From Candidatus Zixiibacteriota bacterium (GTDB taxonomy: Bacteria; RBG-13-66-14; B26-G2; WVWN01): a stretch of 64,000 nt of DNA. Below, piece after piece: positions 57,365 through 64,000 of the stretch (positions are counted from its first letter, which is position 1; each line of letters opens with the position of its first letter). The stretch lies in NCBI GenBank assembly GCA_050117845.1, contig JASFLY010000012.1:12975-76974 (forward strand), read 5' to 3'. The notes below the pieces were generated by a model. It made no database searches and was not told where the DNA came from. It saw only the letters and a program-made list of their open reading frames with translations. Made by a program: the position numbers and the translations under genes.

Positions 57365-57712
57365 TTACGGCGTGGGAATCGGCTCCACGCTGACCCGGCC
57401 TTTGGCATCCCAGGCCACCATTACCCGTACGACGTTATCCCGCCCCACGTACTTCTTGCCCAGCGTCAACGTCCGCGGCATGCTGGTCGGGCCGCCGGGA
57501 TAATCCACGACCTCCTCTATGGCGGTCAGTTGACTCTTGGTTAAATTGATTTCGACCTCGCCCCGGGCCCCGGCGACCTGCTTCGCCTGATCGGCCGTCA
57601 GCTTAATAGACGTCTCCTTCTTGCCGGGAGACGGTTGGGGATTGGCTTCGCCGTAGGCCAGCGTCGCAAATGCCAGCACCGCCGCCACCAATACCACTAG
57701 AAACGACTTCAT
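57365..57712 (-). CDS. Small secreted hypothetical protein
   Basis: Signal peptide, SD-like AGGGGG. Confidence 0.65.
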   Translation of the reverse strand: MKSFLVVLVAAVLAFATLAYGEANPQPSPGKKETSIKLTADQAKQVAGARGEVEINLTKSQLTAIEEVVDYPGGPTSMPRTLTLGKKYVGRDNVVRVMVAWDAKGRVSVEPIPTP

Positions 57713-57775
57713 GTGTTACCCCCTTGTGCTTGAAAATTAGAATGGCTGTTACCGCCGGAATTCGGCTCGAGTATT

Positions 57776-58342
57776 TTACTCGGCCTTATATTCCCGACCT
57801 ATGCTGTATGCGTCGGCGAAGGCGTCGCCGACCGTAACGTACTTCTTAGCCGGCATCGCGAGCAGGAACGAATCAGCCTTAATTATATCCGGCTCGCCCG
57901 CGACGACGATACTCTCGTCGGCGTACGCCGCCACCTCCTCCCCCACGTAAAGGTTAACGTGGTGAAGCTCAACCTTCTGGATCACGCGGCACTCCACGCA
58001 CAAGGGGCACTCCCCTATCATCGGCGCCGTCTCGAGTTCGCCGTAGAAGACGTCGAAGACCCCAGCCTTTTCGACCTCCTCGCCGGAGTTGAGACCGACG
58101 TAATCCGTCGGGGCGACGAGGCCGCGGCCGGGGAGGTTGACGCTGAAAGTGCCGTGCTCCTCCACGCCGCGGGTCGTGTAACGCTCTCGCCCGATTGCGA
58201 TCGCGAGGTACGCGGGCGCGAGGTCGACGCGGCTCATCCAGCCCACGGTTAGGAAGTTGGGCCGGCCGTCCACCGTCGCGCCGACGAGCACTATCGGTTT
58301 GGGATAATTGAACGCGCCGCCGGCGAGTTTAACTTTAGCCAA
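57776..58342 (-). CDS. Flavin reductase family protein
   Basis: P.PIVLVG, GRPNF, FSVNLP, DYVGLNSG, APMIGECP..VECRV; TTG start with AGGAGG. Confidence 0.85.
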   Translation of the reverse strand: MAKVKLAGGAFNYPKPIVLVGATVDGRPNFLTVGWMSRVDLAPAYLAIAIGRERYTTRGVEEHGTFSVNLPGRGLVAPTDYVGLNSGEEVEKAGVFDVFYGELETAPMIGECPLCVECRVIQKVELHHVNLYVGEEVAAYADESIVVAGEPDIIKADSFLLAMPAKKYVTVGDAFADAYSIGREYKAE

Positions 58343-58383
58343 ATCGTAACCTCCTGGTTCGGATTTAACCGAGTCGCCGTCTA

Positions 58384-58947
58384 TTAGGCATCGTAATCCC
58401 GGCCCGCCCCCCAGGCCTTGCCGATGGACTCGGCCACCGCGAAGTAGCGGTTGGCGGGCATCGCCAGGACGTACGGCTTGATTTTCCCGAGGTCGGGGAC
58501 GCGCTCGTCGACTACGCCCTCGTCGGCGTAGACCGCCACTTCCTCGCCGATGTAAACGCGGTCGACGTCCAGGTCGACCTTCTCGATGACGCGGCACTCC
58601 ACGCACAGCGGACACTGCTCCACCATCGGCGCGGCCTCGAGTTCCCCGTAGAAGACGTCGAAGAGGCCGGACTTGTCCACCTTCGAGCCGGAGTGCAGGC
58701 CGGCGTAATCTACTGGTACGACAAGTTCTCGGTTCGGAAGGTTTAAGCTGAAGACGCCGTTCTCCTCCACGCCGCGCGTGCTATGGTGGTTTTTGTTGAT
58801 CGCGATGGCGATACGCGACGGTTTGTAGTCGACGCGGGAGAACCACGCCACCGTCATGAAGTTCGGCTTCCCGTCCACCATCGTGCCCAATATCCCCACC
58901 GGCATGGGGTAAGTGAAGGACCCCGTGTCGAGTTTCACCTTGGCCAT
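58384..58947 (-). CDS. Flavin reductase family protein (tandem paralog)
   Basis: YPMPV, GKPNFM, FSLNLP, DYAGLHSG, APMVEQCP..VECRV. Confidence 0.88.
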   Translation of the reverse strand: MAKVKLDTGSFTYPMPVGILGTMVDGKPNFMTVAWFSRVDYKPSRIAIAINKNHHSTRGVEENGVFSLNLPNRELVVPVDYAGLHSGSKVDKSGLFDVFYGELEAAPMVEQCPLCVECRVIEKVDLDVDRVYIGEEVAVYADEGVVDERVPDLGKIKPYVLAMPANRYFAVAESIGKAWGAGRDYDA

Positions 58948-59022
58948 AATCGCACCTCCTGTTATTTTCGCAACTTCGTTAAAGCCCCACCATCCGGACG
59001 GAACGCCGATCCGGCGTCAACG

Positions 59023-59403
59023 TTACGCCAACGCCCGGCCGGCGAATACTATTAGAATTACGGAATTGATTAAAGTCACGTAAATCAGCGCCGCCGACCA
59101 GAAGTTTCTAAAGGCCGGCGTGCCGCGCAGGTAATGGTAGGTATGGAAGGCCGGGACGACCAGGCCCAGGACGCCCCAGACGAGAGAGGCCCAGAGGCCC
59201 GCCGGGTGCCTGTATATCAACAGGACGACGCCGGCGACGAGCGTGGCGCCGAGGACCACCGTTATTAAAAAGAACGGCGTGTAGCCCATCCGGACGAGGG
59301 GTAGCATGTCCCACTCCTTAAAATAGGTCGAGTCCATCTGGTGCAGCAGCATCAGCGCGAGCTGTATCACCATAACAATCTGGCACGAGACGAAACCGTC
59401 CAT
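59023..59403 (-). CDS. Small membrane protein (DUF6713-like)
   Basis: H.MDS.Y.KEW motif, four TM segments, H.Y...G...F. Confidence 0.6.
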   Translation of the reverse strand: MDGFVSCQIVMVIQLALMLLHQMDSTYFKEWDMLPLVRMGYTPFFLITVVLGATLVAGVVLLIYRHPAGLWASLVWGVLGLVVPAFHTYHYLRGTPAFRNFWSAALIYVTLINSVILIVFAGRALA

Positions 59404-59419
59404 AACATCCCTTCGGCCC

Positions 59420-60724
59420 CTAGCGGCCGTTCACCGACTCCAGCGTATCCGCGTCCGGGTCGAAGTTCACGTATCGCCGAACCGACGCCGAAAGCGCGAG
59501 CGGCATGAAGGACAGGAAGGTAAAAACGAAAGAGGCGGAAATCAGGACCCGAATCGAAATAAACTCGGCCAGCACGCCGCCGAGCGCCATCGCGAGCGGC
59601 GTCAGGCCGCCGGAGACCGTCCCGAGCAGGCCGAAGACCTTGCCGCGCATGTCTTGCGGCGTCGTCATCTGCAGGACGGCCATGATGAGAGAGTTCAGGA
59701 TGGCGTTGAAGAAACCGAAGACGGCCCCCAGTACGAGCATCAGCGGCACGTCCAATTTCAACGGGAAGGCGATGAGGGCCCCCAGGCCGATTACCGCGGA
59801 GGCGTAGAAGACCGGGAAACGGCGAGCCGGCGGGACGTGTATTATAGACATCAGGACGTAGCCGACGAGCATGCCGCCGGTCACGCCGCCCAGCACGACG
59901 CCGTACATGCCAGGCCCCAGGTGCTCCGTCTTCTCGAACAGCGGCAGGAGGAGCATGATGCCCATGGTCGCGAAGAAGTTGAGGACAGAGAAGACGAGGA
60001 GCATATAACGCAGCGGCCGGACGCGCCAGGTGAATGAGAGGCCGGCCTTGGTATCGTCCAGGAAATGGAACTCGGCCCGGGCGTGCTTGACGGCCGGGAG
60101 TTTTATGAAGAGCTCGGTTATGGCGGAGACGATGTAGGACAGGCCGTTTATAAGGAACATCAGCGGCGCACCGAGCAGCGCGTAGAGGAAGCCGCCGCCG
60201 GCGTAGCCCGGGACGCCGGACCCCGTCCAGATGAGGTGGAAGAGCGAGTTGGCCTTGACCAGTTTCGATTTGGGAACGACGTCCGGCAGGGCCGACGTGA
60301 TGGCGGGGCCGAAGAACGCGCCGCCCAGCCCCAGGATGACGCCGGCTACGAAGACCATCCAGATCTCGAGTATACCCGCGAACGCGGCCCATCCCACGAG
60401 GACGATGAAGGCCCCGCGCACGCCGTCCGTCGCGACCAGCATCCACTTGCGGTCCGTCCGGTCGACTATGACGCCGGCGAAGGGCGACGCCACGACGCGG
60501 GTCAGCGCCGTCGTGGCCATGAGGGTCCCCATGAGCGCGGTGGAGCCGGTCACCGCCAGGATCCAGAAGCCGAGTGCGATGCTGTACGCGGTGTCGCCCA
60601 GCGCCGAGACGAACTGCCCCTGCCACAGGAGAACGAAGTTGGCGTTCCAGAGTTTCCCCCTGCACGCCGGGGCAGACTGCTCGTCGGCCTGCGTTTCCTC
60701 GCGCGCTATTATTTCGTCGTCCAC
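59420..60724 (-). CDS. MFS transporter (macrolide efflux/DHA3-like)
   Basis: NF.LLWQGQFVS.LG, GVIVDR.DRK, TP..MRGKVFG, 12 TM. Confidence 0.9.
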   Translation of the reverse strand: MDDEIIAREETQADEQSAPACRGKLWNANFVLLWQGQFVSALGDTAYSIALGFWILAVTGSTALMGTLMATTALTRVVASPFAGVIVDRTDRKWMLVATDGVRGAFIVLVGWAAFAGILEIWMVFVAGVILGLGGAFFGPAITSALPDVVPKSKLVKANSLFHLIWTGSGVPGYAGGGFLYALLGAPLMFLINGLSYIVSAITELFIKLPAVKHARAEFHFLDDTKAGLSFTWRVRPLRYMLLVFSVLNFFATMGIMLLLPLFEKTEHLGPGMYGVVLGGVTGGMLVGYVLMSIIHVPPARRFPVFYASAVIGLGALIAFPLKLDVPLMLVLGAVFGFFNAILNSLIMAVLQMTTPQDMRGKVFGLLGTVSGGLTPLAMALGGVLAEFISIRVLISASFVFTFLSFMPLALSASVRRYVNFDPDADTLESVNGR

Positions 60725-60742
60725 AAGTCCCCTACCGAACGG

Positions 60743-61423
60743 TTAATCCCCTTTGATTATCTCGCAGAACAGACTCGAGCCGTCCACGTCCGTTAGTTCC
60801 GGCCGCACGTCGAGGCGCCGGGCCAGCGCCCGGAAATCCTCCGGCCCGTACGTCGTGGCCGTGAAGCCGTCGCGGCATACTATAACGCCGTCGGCCGTCC
60901 GCTCGTAGTCAATCTCGCCCAACAGGCCCTCCGCCGCCTGGGCCTCGAACCACGCCAACCGCTCGTCCCAGAACGCCGCCACGTACGTCGAGAGGAGGAC
61001 CCGGCCCCCCGGCCGCGTCACCCGCAGCGCCTCGGCCATCAGCTCGAGCGGGTCGACGTGGAAGGCCGAGACGCCGTTCTGGATGCAGGCCACCACGTCG
61101 AAGGCGCCGCCCTTGAATCCCAGCCGCCGCGCGTCCATCCGCGCGAACCTCACGTTCCCCCGGCCGGCCAATTCCTCCCGGGCCGCGAGGAGGCTGTCCC
61201 GGGACGTATCGACGCCCACGGCCAGGCCGCAAGCGTAGGCGAGAGGCCCCAGCGCCCGGCCGTAACCGCAGCCGAGTTCCAGCATCCGGTCGCCGGGCCG
61301 CAGCCGCTCGCGGACGTGTTCGACCTCGGCCTCGAGGTATTGCCGTACCCGCGGCGAGGCCACCTCGTAACAGCGGCGCAACCTCCCGGCCGCCAGCTTC
61401 TCGTCGTAGTACCCTCCGTCCAC
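60743..61423 (-). CDS. Class I SAM-dependent methyltransferase
   Basis: LELGCGYGR, GVD.S, MDA, FDVV, LRVTRPGG. Confidence 0.85.
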   Translation of the reverse strand: MDGGYYDEKLAAGRLRRCYEVASPRVRQYLEAEVEHVRERLRPGDRMLELGCGYGRALGPLAYACGLAVGVDTSRDSLLAAREELAGRGNVRFARMDARRLGFKGGAFDVVACIQNGVSAFHVDPLELMAEALRVTRPGGRVLLSTYVAAFWDERLAWFEAQAAEGLLGEIDYERTADGVIVCRDGFTATTYGPEDFRALARRLDVRPELTDVDGSSLFCEIIKGD

Positions 61424-61433
61424 GCGTCGCCCC

Positions 61434-62795
61434 CTATCCTCCCTCCGGCGAGAAGTCCATCGGCTCGTAGCGGAAGAGGGAATCGTCCGCCGTGCCGTCG
61501 GCGTAGAAGGTCTCGACCAGGTGGCGGTGGGCGGCCGGCTGGATGCCCGACAGGTCGCTGCAGTGACCGAACTCGGCGCACGTCACCGCCCGGCCGTTCG
61601 GCAGGAGCGGTAGCATCTCCGCGGCGGCGTACTCCCCCGGCGTCGCGAAGTCGACGGTCCCGCTGATGAGCAGCGTCTCGACGGCCGAGGGGCGGCCCGC
61701 GCGGTACTCATCCGGGAGGGGGCGGAAGGGCCAGCCGCCGTACTTCATCGTCGCCCAGTAGAGCATCGACAGCGGCGAGCCCAGGACGGAGCCAGCCGGG
61801 TCCAGCTCGGCCTCGTAGTCGCGGTCGGGGTCGAAGTCCGCGCCCACGGCCTTGGCCGCCATGTCGCCGAAGTTGGGCCCCGCGGTCACGAAGGCGTCGT
61901 ACGCCTGCGAGAGGAAAGCCAGGCCGGCCATGTTGCCCCGCGCGGCGGCGGCGTACGCATTCAGGGCGCTGGCCGCGCCCCGCCGCTGGGAGAGCATCGC
62001 GAAGGTCCATATGCGGACCTTGTCGCGGTCGAGGCGGATGCCGCCCCACTCGGCCGGGAGGCCGGCGAGGACGTCGCGCATCGTCGCGACTATGTCGGGG
62101 GTCCGGGAGGCCGCGGCCTCGTCCCGGCGCCACAGCTCGCCGTAGTACTCAAGCTGGCGGTCGATGGTGCCGGCCTCCCAGATGAAGCGGCCGGGCGGGT
62201 TGACGCCCACCATCACAGATCGGCGCACGCTCTGGGGGTAGCGCAGGCCGTAGTAATAAGCGAGGCGGGTGCCGTAACTCGTGGCGTAGAGGTCCACGGG
62301 GCCGCAGGCGAGGGCCCGGCGGGCGTCCTCCAGGTCGTCCGCCACGTCGAGCATCGTATAGGCGCCCGCGGCGACGCCCTCCCGCGTCAGCCGCTCGTAG
62401 CCGGCGCGCCAGGCCCGGCCTATTCGCCGGCGGTTCTCGACGCTCAGCGGGTTCTCCGCCGCGGCCATGGCGGCGGCGACCTCGGGGAGGTCGAGCGAGA
62501 CGGAGCCGTCGGCGCCGCGGTACCCGATCATCACGACGTCGTGGCGGCCCAGGAGCCAGGTCTTGGGCTTCTCCCATATGTTGGTGTAGCCGGGGCCGCC
62601 GGCCAGGAGGAAGACCGTCCCCGCGGCCTCGGCGGCCGGGGAGCGGAGGCGCACGACGGGGAGCGTTATCGTCCGGGAATAATGAGAATTGGGGGGGGTC
62701 CGGTCCTCGGGGACGGTAAGGTCGCCGACGTCGGCGGCGAAGTCCTCGTCGCCGACGCGGTAGGTAGCCGATTTTAAATGCAGTTGGGCCGTCAT
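61434..62795 (-). CDS. Alpha/beta hydrolase (TAP-like peptidase)
   Basis: VPEDR, LAGGPG, YRG, SYGT nucleophile elbow, D..TP, GH. Confidence 0.85.
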   Translation of the reverse strand: MTAQLHLKSATYRVGDEDFAADVGDLTVPEDRTPPNSHYSRTITLPVVRLRSPAAEAAGTVFLLAGGPGYTNIWEKPKTWLLGRHDVVMIGYRGADGSVSLDLPEVAAAMAAAENPLSVENRRRIGRAWRAGYERLTREGVAAGAYTMLDVADDLEDARRALACGPVDLYATSYGTRLAYYYGLRYPQSVRRSVMVGVNPPGRFIWEAGTIDRQLEYYGELWRRDEAAASRTPDIVATMRDVLAGLPAEWGGIRLDRDKVRIWTFAMLSQRRGAASALNAYAAAARGNMAGLAFLSQAYDAFVTAGPNFGDMAAKAVGADFDPDRDYEAELDPAGSVLGSPLSMLYWATMKYGGWPFRPLPDEYRAGRPSAVETLLISGTVDFATPGEYAAAEMLPLLPNGRAVTCAEFGHCSDLSGIQPAAHRHLVETFYADGTADDSLFRYEPMDFSPEGG

Positions 62796-62896
62796 TCCCC
62801 TATACGCCGCGGGTCCCCCGGTTTGAGGTAAGATTAGCCTCAAGTATACACAGGCCGGCCCGCAGGTCAAGGGAGAATAAAAAGGCCGATAAAAAC

Positions 62897-62927
62897 GTAG
62901 GGCCGAGTCTTCAGACCCGGCCACCTG
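62897..62927. repeat. Single GTAG-type REP
   Basis: gtagggccgagtcttcagacccggccacctg, matches 51189 and 55562 left arms. Confidence 0.7.
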
Positions 62928-62947
62928 GACCCCTGATTAATGAGTTT

Positions 62948-63211
62948 TTAATACGTTATCAATCGGGCCGAAGCGCGAACGCTGCCGGGGTAACCTCCTC
63001 GGTGTACCACCACATACCAATGGCCGTAGTGGGGCGGACTTAAACGAAAAGGGGACCGTGTCGCTAAACCTCCATAATACTTATATCGCCTCCCGGCACG
63101 AAAACCTTGGTAATTAACGCGGTCTAGGAGTATTACGTTCGCTTGTTTATCTAATGAGACTTCTATAACATCATCCGGGCCTGCGTCGAACTCATAACGC
63201 AAATAACGCAT
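62948..63211 (-). CDS. DUF1883 domain protein
   Basis: V.L..QANV.LLD..NY..F..GR...Y.GG....SP..L..P..GHW.VVV. Confidence 0.8.
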   Translation of the reverse strand: MRYLRYEFDAGPDDVIEVSLDKQANVILLDRVNYQGFRAGRRYKYYGGLATRSPFRLSPPHYGHWYVVVHRGGYPGSVRASARLITY

Positions 63212-63270
63212 CTTTCACCTCCTATAATAAAGACCGTGTTCTAACTCCAATTGAACGCGTTTTAATCAGA

Positions 63271-64000
63271 TTATTGCTGGTCGATTAACAAAATAGAAAC
63301 ATTATAGCCGAAAGCCATCAGTCGTTCGGCGGTTTGGCGAAAATTAACACGTGAGAAGAATGGCAACCATTGGGGCCAACTACGCCGTGGCCGCGCAATA
63401 ATCGCGTATACTACATGGTAATCGCTAGTGGTAAGTCTTAGTACAGGATCGTCTAACAAATATCGTGAAAAAGAAGAATCGTCGTTCTCGATTATTCCAA
63501 GTACGTCGCGACGGAAATCGGCCGATATCAAAAACGCTTCTGCCGAAACACTCCCTTGCGCGAAAAGATGGCTTAAAGTAGAAGAACGGGTTTTCCTCTT
63601 AACGTGGATAAATTGTTTGTCCCGAGAGAACAAATCGCAAACTTCAACAGGCGTGGTACTACCGAACCATCTAACGGTTTTCCTATCTAATAATAATAAA
63701 CCTTCGGATTCGGAAACGCGGGAATTATAAACCCCTTCTTCTTCACCCGGGTTCGCTGCAGGTAAAGCGAAATCCTGATTTAAAAACGGTTCGACGAAAG
63801 TATCGACTGATTCTACGAAATCAGCTTCGACCTTAAACCAATCGCCCCCAGTTAATACGAAGAATTTATTACTTAACGTAGTTTCGAAAACTACACAGTC
63901 GTATAATTTCCAACTACTATATATCGTATCCGCATCCGAACTAATCGCGTATAAATGTTGGTTTTTCAGGAAATTAACCGTAATTTTCTCTTTGTCCTCT
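63271..64000 (-). CDS. TIGR04141/DUF6119 'sporadically distributed protein', C-terminal part (5' end beyond window)
   Basis: Frame open to window end; GDWFKV, E..YN, LLDRK, EVCDL...KQFIHVK...SSTLSHLFAQG..SA, LPFFS. Confidence 0.8.
   Translation of the reverse strand, partial: EDKEKITVNFLKNQHLYAISSDADTIYSSWKLYDCVVFETTLSNKFFVLTGGDWFKVEADFVESVDTFVEPFLNQDFALPAANPGEEEGVYNSRVSESEGLLLLDRKTVRWFGSTTPVEVCDLFSRDKQFIHVKRKTRSSTLSHLFAQGSVSAEAFLISADFRRDVLGIIENDDSSFSRYLLDDPVLRLTTSDYHVVYAIIARPRRSWPQWLPFFSRVNFRQTAERLMAFGYNVSILLIDQQ

Overview
High-GC bacterial chromosomal window with almost all genes on the minus strand. Lipoproteins, Omp85, beta-barrels and T9SS-like PorU/PorV plus CTD cargo indicate a diderm, plausibly an FCB-related candidate lineage (inference only). 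Positions 1-7.3 kb hold a housekeeping/envelope operon (mtnP, site-2 protease, mrp, ddl, yajC, HD protein, pcm, YbjN-like, pspA). Next come ruvX and a queH / split metH / nucleotide-sugar operon. A plus-strand block carries a TPR gene, a 1181-aa all-coiled-coil protein and an orphan ParA. Then mutL, and small accessory genes downstream of two tRNA-Ser genes; one of these has an in-frame amber codon. Further on are a PD40/peptidase-Omp85 gene, a CTD-bearing metzincin, coaX, tatA, porV/porU-like genes, two GT4s, tRNA-Arg, two small OMPs and two B12-radical SAM enzymes. The 51-64 kb accessory region has many tandem paralogs, mosaic clusters of at least five REP-like palindrome families, a beta-flower-like repeat protein, and an AT-rich DUF1883/TIGR04141-like end. 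The best novel-system candidate is the giant coiled-coil plus ParB-less ParA pair, followed by the T9SS-like locus and the nested REP mosaics. All family assignments come from motif recognition by eye, not database searches.
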